From contig CALXES010000006.1 in NCBI GenBank assembly GCA_944387385.1, positions 37,354 to 101,353 on the forward strand: 64,000 nucleotides of DNA. The letters are read 5' to 3'. Origin of the DNA: an uncultured Clostridia bacterium (GTDB lineage Bacteria; Bacillota; Clostridia; TANB77; CAG-465). A program made the position numbers and the translations under genes. Positions 9,661 through 18,669 of this stretch are shown here, piece after piece. How positions within the stretch are numbered: the first letter of the stretch is position 1; each line of letters begins with the position of its first letter. Below the pieces are notes generated by a model. That model was not told the origin of the DNA, did not search any database, and saw nothing but the letters and a program-made list of their open reading frames with translations.

Positions 9661-12600
9661 TGAATCCACTAATTAAAACTTTAGCAAACAGTAGTAATTA
9701 TACATCATTAATTAGAGAAATTACAAAAAAAGATAAAAATAGATTAAGTATATCTGGCCTTACTGATAGCAGTAAGGCTTGGATGGTTTATGGTATAACT
9801 CAAAATACAAATAGAAACTCCATTGTTGTATGTAGTAACGTTTTTCAAGCAAATAAAATTATTCAAGATTTAAAGTTTTTATCAAGTGAAATTGAAATAA
9901 TATATTTACCTGCACGTCAAGTTCAATACTATGATATTGATGCAGAAAGTAAAGATATTTCAAATCAAAGAATGTATGCAATTGAAAAAATACTTAGTGG
10001 AAGTAAAAATATTGTTGTTACTACTATTGATTCTTTACTTGTTAAAATGTTTCCTAATTCAAGATATAAAGGTGAAGATTTTAGCATAAAAGTAGGAGAC
10101 ACAATATCAATAAATGAAGTGGTTAAAAAGCTATCTAAATTTGGATTTGAAAGAACAGAAAATGTAGAAGGAAAAGGACAGTTTGCAGTACGTGGCGGAA
10201 TAATAGATGTATTTTGTATAAATAATGATTTTCCATTTAGAATAGAGTTTTTTGGTGATGAAGTAGATAGTATTAGAACATTTGATACAATTACACAAAG
10301 AAGTATTGATACTGTAAAGAAAATAGATATGTCTCAAGTATCTGAAAACTATGTAACCAAGGAAAAAGTAGATGCTGTAATATCTGAGCTTAATAAATTT
10401 TGTGATGAAGGCAGAATTAGTGAAGAACTAAAAGGAAATATTAGAGAAGATATAGAAAAAATAAAAAATGGTTCTTTAGATAATTTAATAGATAAGTACT
10501 TTAATTTATTAGTTAAAAGACCTGAGAATTTGTTAGATTATTTAGATGAATATAATATTTTTATAGATGAACCTACAAAATGCAAAGATAAAGCAAATAG
10601 TATTGGATATGAAAATACAGAAACTATAAAAGTATTAGCACAAAGAGAGTATATTTATATGCCTTTTGTAAATACATATTTATCTTTTGAAGAAATAGAG
10701 ACTAGAATTGAAAATATGATGAGTATATATCTTGAAAGAATAAATATAGATAAGTTAGTACAAAGAAATAGGATAGTATATAATTTTAGCATTAAAGAAG
10801 CTAATTTTTACAAAAGCTCACTTGAAGTTTTAAATTTAGACATTCAAAGAGCAAGGGAAAAAGCTATTCTCTTAGTTTTTCCAACAGATACAAGATATAT
10901 GCAAGTAAAGAATTATTTACTAGATAATCGTATAAAAATAGAAGAAGTGAGTAATATTTTTGCTCTTGATGAACTTGAAAATGGAAAAGTATATATAACA
11001 AAAGGAATTGTATCGGGAGGATTTTATTCAGATGAGTTTGAAATACTTGTTATTGCAGAACCTGTAAGTGGTCTTTCTACCACAACTAAAAGAATAAAAA
11101 AGACAAGTGTTGGTCAGAAAATAAATACATATGCAGATCTTCAAGAAGGAGATTATGTTGTACATGAAAATCATGGTATAGGCATATATCGTGGAGTTGA
11201 AACAATAAGAGTACAAGATGTTCAAAAAGATTATATAAAGATTGAATATGCAAATAGAGGGATGCTTTATGTTCCAATTGCACAACTTGATTGTGTTGGA
11301 AAGTATGTTTGTGATGATGATGCAAAACCAAAGATAAATTCATTAGGTGGAAAAGAATGGGATAAAACAAAGAGTAAAGTAAAAACTCATGTAAAAGAGA
11401 TAGCAAAAGAACTTATGCTCTTATATGCAAAAAGAGAAAAAATGAAAGGCTTTGCTTTTGAAAAAGACACACCTTGGCAAAAAGAATTTGAAGATTCTTT
11501 TGAGTATGAACTTACAAGAGATCAAAAAACTGCTTTAGAGGAAATAAAAGAAGATATGGAAAGTGATAAACCGATGGATAGACTTCTTTGTGGAGATGTT
11601 GGATATGGAAAAACAGAGCTTGCACTTCGTGCTGCTTTTAAAGCTGTCATGAGTAGTAAGCAGGTTGCATATCTTGTTCCTACTACTGTTCTTGCACTTC
11701 AGCAGTATAGAACTTTTGAAAGCAGAATGAAAGACTTTGGAGTAAGAGTCGAGTTTTTAAGTAGATTTAAAACAAAAAAAGAACAGACAGATATATTAAA
11801 AGATTTAGTAGACGGAAAAATAGATATAATTGTCGGAACTCATAGAATATTATCTAAAGATGTGTTTTTTAAAGATTTAGGTTTACTTATAATTGATGAG
11901 GAGCATAGATTTGGAGTAAAAGACAAGGAAGCAATAAAAGTATTAAAAGAAACAGTAGATGTATTATCTATGACAGCAACTCCAATACCTAGAACGCTAC
12001 ATATGTCAATGATCGGAATTAGAGGAATGAGTACTTTAAGTGAACCACCAATGGAAAGACTTCCTGTACATACATATGTATTAGAGTATAATGATAATGT
12101 AATTAAAGAAGCAATTGAAAAAGAACTTTCCAGAGATGGTCAAGTTATATATTTAAATAATAGGGTAAATAAATTAGATGAAATAGTTGGTCATTTAAGA
12201 AATTTAGTACCAGAGGCAAGAATAGGTGTAGCACATGGTCAAATGCCACCAGATATTGTTGAAGATGTAATGTTAAGGTTTATTACACATGACATAGATA
12301 TTATTGTTTGTACAACAATACTTGAATCTGGAATAGATGTTCAAAATGCAAATACATTAATTGTTGAAGATTCAGATACTTTAGGGCTTGCACAGCTTTA
12401 TCAGATAAGAGGAAGAGTTGGTAGATCAAATAGATTAGCATATGCGTATATAACTTATCCGGCAGATAAGTCATTATCTGAAGTGTCTCAAAAAAGATTA
12501 AAAGCCATAAAAGATTTTACTGAATTTGGAAGTGGATTTAAGATTGCTTTAAGAGATCTAGAAATAAGAGGAGCAGGAAATTTGCTTGGTAGAGAGCAAC

Positions 12601-13082
12601 ATGGACATATGGCAAAAGTAGGTTACGAATTATATTTGGCACTACTTGAAAAAGCAATTAGAGAAGAAAAAGAAGGTAAAGATGCAGTTGCCAAAGAAGA
12701 AGTATATAAAGAAGTTAAAATGGATATTAATGTATCAGCATATATTAGTGATATGTATATAAAAGATCCTATTCAAAAAATCGATATGTATCAAAAAATA
12801 TCTGATATAAAAAATGAGGAAGAATCTATGGAAGTTGTAGATGAGCTACTTGATAGATTTGGAGATATTCCTAAAGAAACAGAGAATTTAATAAAAATTG
12901 TCGAAATAAGAAATAAAGCTAGAAAGCTTGGAATTACTAGGATTTTAGCTACAGAAAAGATGATTAAATTTGAGCCTATGAATTTAAAAATCACGTTGAC
13001 AAATGATTTTAATAATGATATACTTATCCGTGTACAGTTAGAGATTAGTAAATTAGAAAATACTATAAAGGAAAAGGGGTAA
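9660..13082 (+). CDS. mfd: Transcription-repair coupling factor
   Basis: 1140 aa. Superfamily-2 helicase motifs GDVGYGKTE, DEEHRFG and QLYQIRGRVGRS. Its ATG overlaps the ligA stop (TAATG). Confidence 0.95.
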   Translation: MNPLIKTLANSSNYTSLIREITKKDKNRLSISGLTDSSKAWMVYGITQNTNRNSIVVCSNVFQANKIIQDLKFLSSEIEIIYLPARQVQYYDIDAESKDISNQRMYAIEKILSGSKNIVVTTIDSLLVKMFPNSRYKGEDFSIKVGDTISINEVVKKLSKFGFERTENVEGKGQFAVRGGIIDVFCINNDFPFRIEFFGDEVDSIRTFDTITQRSIDTVKKIDMSQVSENYVTKEKVDAVISELNKFCDEGRISEELKGNIREDIEKIKNGSLDNLIDKYFNLLVKRPENLLDYLDEYNIFIDEPTKCKDKANSIGYENTETIKVLAQREYIYMPFVNTYLSFEEIETRIENMMSIYLERINIDKLVQRNRIVYNFSIKEANFYKSSLEVLNLDIQRAREKAILLVFPTDTRYMQVKNYLLDNRIKIEEVSNIFALDELENGKVYITKGIVSGGFYSDEFEILVIAEPVSGLSTTTKRIKKTSVGQKINTYADLQEGDYVVHENHGIGIYRGVETIRVQDVQKDYIKIEYANRGMLYVPIAQLDCVGKYVCDDDAKPKINSLGGKEWDKTKSKVKTHVKEIAKELMLLYAKREKMKGFAFEKDTPWQKEFEDSFEYELTRDQKTALEEIKEDMESDKPMDRLLCGDVGYGKTELALRAAFKAVMSSKQVAYLVPTTVLALQQYRTFESRMKDFGVRVEFLSRFKTKKEQTDILKDLVDGKIDIIVGTHRILSKDVFFKDLGLLIIDEEHRFGVKDKEAIKVLKETVDVLSMTATPIPRTLHMSMIGIRGMSTLSEPPMERLPVHTYVLEYNDNVIKEAIEKELSRDGQVIYLNNRVNKLDEIVGHLRNLVPEARIGVAHGQMPPDIVEDVMLRFITHDIDIIVCTTILESGIDVQNANTLIVEDSDTLGLAQLYQIRGRVGRSNRLAYAYITYPADKSLSEVSQKRLKAIKDFTEFGSGFKIALRDLEIRGAGNLLGREQHGHMAKVGYELYLALLEKAIREEKEGKDAVAKEEVYKEVKMDINVSAYISDMYIKDPIQKIDMYQKISDIKNEEESMEVVDELLDRFGDIPKETENLIKIVEIRNKARKLGITRILATEKMIKFEPMNLKITLTNDFNNDILIRVQLEISKLENTIKEKG

Positions 13083-13086
13083 AAAT

Positions 13087-14217
13087 ATGAACAGTAAAAC
13101 AAGAAATTTAAAAGCTGGAAGTGAAAATGGTGTAATTATTGCAATACTTGCTATTTTATTAATTATAGTTGTTGCTATAGTGGGAATAGTTGTAGCAAAA
13201 GATAATGCTGCAGTTGCTACTTTTGATGGAGGCAAAGTTACAAAGAAAGAATATCAAGTATACTATGAAATGTTTGCATCATATTTACAATCTTATGGCT
13301 ATGACTCAGAATCAATTCCAGAGGAGATATTAATGAAGGCAGCTTCTGATAAAATGATTTTAACTGATGCAGAAGCAGCAGGAGTTGAATTATCAGATGA
13401 GGATAAACAAGAAATTGATGATATATTTAGTGATGAAGAATATCTAAATTATTTTAAACAACATTATACTTTTAGTATAGATTCATTAAAACAAATATAT
13501 TATAATGATTATTTAATTCAAGCATACATTGAAAAACTTGCAGCAGAAGCTGATGATGCTACAATTGAGGAATATATTAAATCAAATTCTACTGATGGTG
13601 AAGAAGTAGATATGAATGAATATGATACATCACATATTTTATTCTCATTTACAAAGGATGATGGAACAACAATGAGTGATGATGAGAAGGCAACATTAAA
13701 AGCTGAGGCAGAAGAAGTGCTTCAAAAAGCTTTAAATGGTGAAGACTTTGCAAGTCTTGCACAAGAGTATTCAGATGATACTACAGCAAGTCAAGGTGGA
13801 CAATATATAATGTATGATGATGGTTATACAGTATCACAATATACTGATACAGTTAAAAAAATGAATGTTGGAGAAGTTTATGGTGATCTAGTAGAAACTA
13901 CATATGGATATCATATTATAAAACTTAATGCTAAAACAGAAAATGGTAGATTAGCAAACGAGACTGAAAGAACAGCATATGCGAATACTCTTTTTGATAA
14001 TATAATTGAAGAGAAAAACTTACAATATGATGAAGAAGAGTTTAAAAAGTTTGTAAATTCAATTGATCCAAATGTATATGCAGAAGATGAAGAAACTGAC
14101 ACAACAACAGATGGTACAACAACTGATGACACAACAGATACATCTACTGATTCATCAACAGATACTTCAACAGATACTTCAACAGATACATCTACTGATA
14201 CAACAACAGCAGAATAG
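13087..14217 (+). CDS. PrsA/SurA-like peptidyl-prolyl isomerase (parvulin) with N-terminal membrane anchor and an acidic Thr/Ser/Asp-rich tail
   Basis: N-terminal TM segment, parvulin core SHILF...GYHIIK, and a C-terminal TDTS repeat tail. Confidence 0.7.
   Translation: MNSKTRNLKAGSENGVIIAILAILLIIVVAIVGIVVAKDNAAVATFDGGKVTKKEYQVYYEMFASYLQSYGYDSESIPEEILMKAASDKMILTDAEAAGVELSDEDKQEIDDIFSDEEYLNYFKQHYTFSIDSLKQIYYNDYLIQAYIEKLAAEADDATIEEYIKSNSTDGEEVDMNEYDTSHILFSFTKDDGTTMSDDEKATLKAEAEEVLQKALNGEDFASLAQEYSDDTTASQGGQYIMYDDGYTVSQYTDTVKKMNVGEVYGDLVETTYGYHIIKLNAKTENGRLANETERTAYANTLFDNIIEEKNLQYDEEEFKKFVNSIDPNVYAEDEETDTTTDGTTTDDTTDTSTDSSTDTSTDTSTDTSTDTTTAE
14134..14199 (+). repeat. In-frame 12-nt tandem repeat (ACA GAT ACT TCA and variants, about 5.5 copies) encoding (T/S)DTS
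   Basis: Read directly from the sequence. It encodes TDTSTDSSTDTSTDTSTDTSTD at the 3' end of the PrsA-like gene. Confidence 0.9.
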
Positions 14218-14225
14218 GAGATAAT

Positions 14226-15041
14226 ATGGATACAATTTTTAGTAAATCTAACTCAAATGTAAAATTAGTTAGAAGTTTAAATGAAAAGAAATTTAGAATT
14301 AAAAATAAAGCTTTTTATTTAGAAGGAATTAAAGTTGTAAATGAAATATTAGATAAAGATAAAGCGATAGACATTATGTTTATCGCTTATTCTAAATCTA
14401 TACTAGAAAATCTTAATGGTGGAAAAGACCTTTTAAATAGAATAGAAAATTTGAAGAAAATAAAGGTATTAAGTTTCGAAGAGAGTATTTTTAAATATAT
14501 GACTGATACCATAACACCGCAAGGAGTTTTGGCAGTAATAAAAATTCCTGAGTATGATATTTTAGAAGAATTAAAAAATAATAACAAGAATATTGTTATA
14601 TTAGATAGAGTTCAAGATTTAGGAAATATGGGGACAATTATAAGAAGCTGTAATGCTTTTGATATAGATATAGTCTTATGTACAAAAGATACAGCAGACA
14701 TATATTCACCTAAGGCGCTTAGGTCTACAATGGGAGGTATATTAAATACTAAAATTATATATTTAGACGATCTAAGTGTTATAGATTATCTAAAAAAATG
14801 TGGATATATAATTGTATCTACTAGTCTTCAAGCAAACGATTTTTTAGAAAATATTGATCTAAAAAAAAGATATGCTTTTGTTATGGGAAATGAAGCAAAT
14901 GGAGTAACAGAGGAATTATTATCCAAATCAGATATGTTTGTTAAAATTCCGATGACAGATAAAATTGAGTCATTAAATGTTGGAGTTGCAACTTCAATTA
15001 TACTATATGAACAATATAAAAATAAAAGTAAAAACATCTAG
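14226..15041 (+). CDS. TrmH/SpoU-family RNA 2'-O-methyltransferase
   Basis: SpoU motifs LDRVQDLGNMGTIIRS, GNEANGV and ESLNVGVATSIILYE. Confidence 0.8.
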   Translation: MDTIFSKSNSNVKLVRSLNEKKFRIKNKAFYLEGIKVVNEILDKDKAIDIMFIAYSKSILENLNGGKDLLNRIENLKKIKVLSFEESIFKYMTDTITPQGVLAVIKIPEYDILEELKNNNKNIVILDRVQDLGNMGTIIRSCNAFDIDIVLCTKDTADIYSPKALRSTMGGILNTKIIYLDDLSVIDYLKKCGYIIVSTSLQANDFLENIDLKKRYAFVMGNEANGVTEELLSKSDMFVKIPMTDKIESLNVGVATSIILYEQYKNKSKNI

Positions 15042-15060
15042 AAGTTTTCTAGATGTTTTT
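15031..15060. terminator. Bidirectional terminator
   Basis: Perfect 13-bp stem AAAACATCTAGAA / TTCTAGATGTTTT. It overlaps the stop codon and sits between convergent genes. Confidence 0.8.
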
Positions 15061-15065
15061 GATTT

Positions 15066-15281
15066 TTAGGAATGACTCATTTCTTCTTCATTTATTGGTT
15101 TGTATAAAGCTATTGCTCCTATACCACAAATACCTACTAAAACGAAGATAATTCTACTTAACATACTAGTCATTCCACCAAAGATAGAACCGATTAGGTC
15201 TACTTTGAATAACCCTAGTATTCCCCAGTTTAAGGCACCTATTATTACTAGGGTAAGCAATATGTTGTATAAAGTTTTCAT
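15066..15281 (-). CDS. DUF378-family small membrane protein
   Basis: 71 aa with two TM helices. LVIIGALNWGLLG-type motif (IIGALNWGILGLF). SD AGGAGG. Confidence 0.75.
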   Translation of the reverse strand: MKTLYNILLTLVIIGALNWGILGLFKVDLIGSIFGGMTSMLSRIIFVLVGICGIGAIALYKPINEEEMSHS

Positions 15282-15347
15282 AAATACCTCCTGACAAAAT
15301 TATTTTGTCAGAAATAGTTTGTGTAAATTTATGTATTATATTACAAA

Positions 15348-15665
15348 TTAGAATATATTTTGCAATATTTCAAATAATTTAAAAGAATATTTTATATTTT
15401 CATTGTTAGATTTATCGTTATGATTTAAGTTATTTATTCCTGGAATAATTGTGTTTAAGTTAGATAGATTATTTATATTTTCTTTATTAGGGAGCATTGA
15501 CGAGAATATTATGAAAATATAGATATAAACAAATATATTTTTTTTAATCAATTTATTATTTAAAGTTTCCCTGAATTTTTCTTTAATTTTTCTCAATATA
15601 ATCACCATTAATATGATGTGTAAATAAAAAAAAATTACTATAAAAATAAATTCTAATAATGTCAA
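15348..15665 (-). CDS. Doubtful small membrane protein (two hydrophobic segments, Asn-rich tail)
   Basis: A 105-codon open frame is unexpected in such AT-rich, stop-rich DNA. However, it has a TTG start, no Shine-Dalgarno at either the TTG or the first internal ATG, and an A9/T9 run inside. Confidence 0.3.
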   Translation of the reverse strand: MTLLEFIFIVIFFYLHIILMVIILRKIKEKFRETLNNKLIKKNIFVYIYIFIIFSSMLPNKENINNLSNLNTIIPGINNLNHNDKSNNENIKYSFKLFEILQNIF

Positions 15666-15730
15666 TGAATATAATAAAACAAAATTTTTAATAAAAATAA
15701 TTTAAAATAATAACCAGAGGTGTGGTGGTT

Positions 15731-16162
15731 ATGAAAATTATAAAGGTATGTAGTTTTGTTGCAAACTATACACATTCGTGTATAGTTGCTAATAATTTTA
15801 TATCTAAAGAATTTGATAAAGCAAAGGTGATATATATAAATGAAAACAGCGAAAAAGAAAAATTAAAGAAAATTGTAAATAAGTATTTTAAAAACATTAA
15901 CAAAAAGATAATATATATGGAATGGCTAAATGAGGAAATTGTAAATGACTATGTAAATGAAAATATTGTACTTGTAGTAAATGGTAGTGAAAGCTTTATA
16001 TCAAAGGTAAATGAATATATGTGTTTTATTCAAAATGAGATTTTAGTTATTAATTGTTATAATATAATGGACATAAAATCTAATATTGCAGATATTATAT
16101 CTAGTCATGATTATTACTTAAATAGTGATGGAATTCAAATACGAAAGGATAAAACTTGTTAA
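15731..16162 (+). CDS. Hypothetical protein, no family recognised
   Basis: ATG at 15731 preceded by SD AGAGGTG. 143 aa with no motif recognised. Confidence 0.5.
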   Translation: MKIIKVCSFVANYTHSCIVANNFISKEFDKAKVIYINENSEKEKLKKIVNKYFKNINKKIIYMEWLNEEIVNDYVNENIVLVVNGSESFISKVNEYMCFIQNEILVINCYNIMDIKSNIADIISSHDYYLNSDGIQIRKDKTC

Positions 16163-16206
16163 ATATATAAATATAATATATAATTAATACATAAGGCGGT
16201 GATTAT

Positions 16207-16938
16207 ATGAAATCATTGTTTAAAGGTATTAAAGGAATAATTATATTAATATTTTTAATTATACTTTTTGTTGTAGGATATTTTGTATATGATGGATATA
16301 AGCTGTATAAGAGTGTTATAGAAGAAATTAGTATTGAAGACAAAATAGATCAGATACAAAGTAATGAAGAATATATAAGTATAGATCAAATAAGTAAAGA
16401 TTATCTTAACGCTGTTATTGCTGTTGAAGATAAAAGATTTAATGAGCATTTTGGTATTGATATTTATTCAATTGGAAGAGCTTTACTAAATAATATAGAA
16501 AATAAGAAGATTATTGGAGGAGGAAGTACAATAACTCAACAACTTGCTAAAAATATGTATTTTGATCAGAAAAAGAGACTTACAAGAAAAGTAGCAGAGC
16601 TATTTGTTGTATTTAACTTGGAAGAAAATTATTCGAAAGAGGAAATTTTAGAGTTATATGTAAATGTAATATACTTTGGCGATGGTTATTATGGAATTAA
16701 AGAGGCAAGTAATGGATATTTTGATAAAGAACCAAGTGAACTTGACTTAAATGAGGCTACGCTTCTTGCAGGAATTCCAAACGCACCAAGTGTATATCAG
16801 CTTAGCAACAATTCTGAATATACTTATCAAAGACAAATAATAGTTATAAATGCAATGGTTGATTGTGGATATTTAGATGAGGAGATTGCAAATAATTTAA
16901 TAAATGAAATTAAAGAAAGTAAGGGATATATGAAGTGA
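16207..16938 (+). CDS. Monofunctional peptidoglycan glycosyltransferase (GT51)
   Basis: N-terminal TM segment, AVEDKRFNEHFGID and GGSTITQQLAKN motifs. No transpeptidase domain (243 aa). Confidence 0.85.
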   Translation: MKSLFKGIKGIIILIFLIILFVVGYFVYDGYKLYKSVIEEISIEDKIDQIQSNEEYISIDQISKDYLNAVIAVEDKRFNEHFGIDIYSIGRALLNNIENKKIIGGGSTITQQLAKNMYFDQKKRLTRKVAELFVVFNLEENYSKEEILELYVNVIYFGDGYYGIKEASNGYFDKEPSELDLNEATLLAGIPNAPSVYQLSNNSEYTYQRQIIVINAMVDCGYLDEEIANNLINEIKESKGYMK

Positions 16939-16952
16939 ACCCTTACTTTTTT
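16919..16952 (+). terminator. Rho-independent terminator overlapping the stop codon
   Basis: Stem GTAAGGG / CCCTTAC followed by T6. Confidence 0.6.
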
Positions 16953-16999
16953 CTTTACATATGTGTTAAAATATATATAGTTTAAAAGGAGAAGAATTT

Positions 17000-17611
17000 A
17001 TGAATATTTATTTAGTAAGACATGGAGATGATGATGAAAGATATAGAGGAGGATGGAGCGAGCTTCCACTTGTTGAAGCTGGAATAGATAAAGCTAAAAA
17101 GTTAGGAGAATATTTATCAAGTGAGAAAAATTATGAGATAAAAGTAGACAGAATTATATCAAGTGATTTAAAAAGGGCAAAAATGACAGCAGATATAATA
17201 AATGAAAAGCTAAATGTAAGTATTTTATACGATAAGAGACTAAGAGAAAATAATAATGGGGCGCTTGCTGGAATGTTAAATGAAGAGGCTATAAAAAAAT
17301 ATCCTCATGCATTTTTTTCAACTCTAAAATATAATGAGAGATTTCCAGATGGAGAATCGCCTAAAGAATTTTTTCATAGAATTAGAAAAGATTTTTTTGA
17401 TATTATAAAAGAAAATAAGGATGTGGAAAATTTAATGATTGTTACTCATGCTGGTGTAATAGGAATAGTATGGCATATTTTAAATAAGAAGAGATGGTCA
17501 AATAAAAGAAAAGCTTTAAAACTTCCTAAGACTTCAATAACAAAGATTGTAATTGATGAGAATAGAAAAGAAATATGTTATATTGGAAATATTCCACATC
17601 TGGAAAATTAG
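17000..17611 (+). CDS. Histidine phosphatase family protein (phosphoglycerate mutase-like)
   Basis: N-terminal LVRHG catalytic motif and a downstream TH(A)G motif. Confidence 0.75.
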   Translation: MNIYLVRHGDDDERYRGGWSELPLVEAGIDKAKKLGEYLSSEKNYEIKVDRIISSDLKRAKMTADIINEKLNVSILYDKRLRENNNGALAGMLNEEAIKKYPHAFFSTLKYNERFPDGESPKEFFHRIRKDFFDIIKENKDVENLMIVTHAGVIGIVWHILNKKRWSNKRKALKLPKTSITKIVIDENRKEICYIGNIPHLEN

Positions 17612-17684
17612 ATAAAAGCATGATATTTAATGTGGAAAATTTACATAAGTTGTGATATAATATTAATGTTTATGGAGGATAAAA

Positions 17685-18548
17685 ATGAGTACAGAAGAAT
17701 TATATACATATATACTTACAGTATTTGAAGGAAAAAGTTTTGAAAATTTAATTTTAAGCAAAAGAAATACTGAGTTTAAAGAGTCATTTGAAAATGATTA
17801 CAGAGAGAAAATCATTAATGCTATGAATACAGATGAATATACAAAAGTGATGGATAAGTTATCCAAAAGCTTTTTAACTAACCTTGCCAAGGGAACAAAT
17901 GGTAAGAAATTTACAAAAGAAGATTGTAATAAAATACTAGAAATATATCATAAATTAATAGAAAATATTTCTGACTTTGATAAAAACTATGAAAGAATAG
18001 CTTTAGAACACTTTACAGAAGTAAGAAATTTTATAAATGAATTTACTTCAAGAGAAGAAAATGGAATGTCAAAATCTTCATATTCACCAGAATTTATTTT
18101 AAAAATTTTAGATGTAAAAGATGATGAACTTAAAGGAAAATCATTAGACATAGGATGCGGAAAAAATGGTGAACTTGTAAAATATTTAGCTTCAAAAGGA
18201 GTACAATCTTTTGGAATAGATATGGAATGTGAAGATAGTGATAGTTTAGAACAAGAAGATTGGCTTATTAAAGATTATCCTGAAAATACATATGATTTGA
18301 TTACATCAAATTTAACTTTTACAAAATACTTTAATGATGCAAATTCGGAAGAGCAAAATGATGAGGAGTGTATAGAGTATGCTCAAAGCTATATGAAAAT
18401 ACTTAATTCATTAAAAGTAGGAGGAAAATGGCATTATGTTCCTTCAGTTACTTTTATTGAAGAACTATTGCCAGAAGATAAATTTGAAGTAACAAATAGC
18501 TTTATTAATGACAATATAATGAGAACAGTAATAAAAAGAATAAAATAA
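17685..18548 (+). CDS. Hypothetical protein with C-terminal class I SAM-methyltransferase-like domain
   Basis: Motif I LDIGCGKNG, then DLITSN and LKVGGKW. The N-terminal ~140 aa are unrecognised. Confidence 0.55.
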   Translation: MSTEELYTYILTVFEGKSFENLILSKRNTEFKESFENDYREKIINAMNTDEYTKVMDKLSKSFLTNLAKGTNGKKFTKEDCNKILEIYHKLIENISDFDKNYERIALEHFTEVRNFINEFTSREENGMSKSSYSPEFILKILDVKDDELKGKSLDIGCGKNGELVKYLASKGVQSFGIDMECEDSDSLEQEDWLIKDYPENTYDLITSNLTFTKYFNDANSEEQNDEECIEYAQSYMKILNSLKVGGKWHYVPSVTFIEELLPEDKFEVTNSFINDNIMRTVIKRIK

Positions 18549-18556
18549 ATAAATTG

Positions 18557-18587
18557 CACTTATAATTTAAAATTATAAGTGTATTTT
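18557..18587 (+). terminator. Rho-independent terminator
   Basis: Perfect 11-bp stem CACTTATAATT / AATTATAAGTG followed by a T-rich tail. Confidence 0.7.
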
Positions 18588-18594
18588 ATTAAAA

Positions 18595-18608
18595 CGCACA
18601 TTTGTTCT
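18595..18608 (+). promoter_or_regulatory. Possible LexA (Cheo-type) box upstream of uvrA
   Basis: CGCACATTTGTTCT matches the Firmicute consensus CGAACRNRYGTTYC at 11 of 14 positions. It lies 8 nt upstream of a putative -35 (TTGTAA, 18616) and an extended -10 (TGATATAAT, 18637-18645). Confidence 0.3.
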
Positions 18609-18669
18609 CAAAAATGTTGTAAAATAGATTATGCTATGATATAATACATATGGTTTTGAAGGTGAGAAA

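Noticed and set aside
15100-15294. 64-aa plus-strand ORF.
   Set aside because: It is antisense to the DUF378 gene, which has the family motif and a strong SD.
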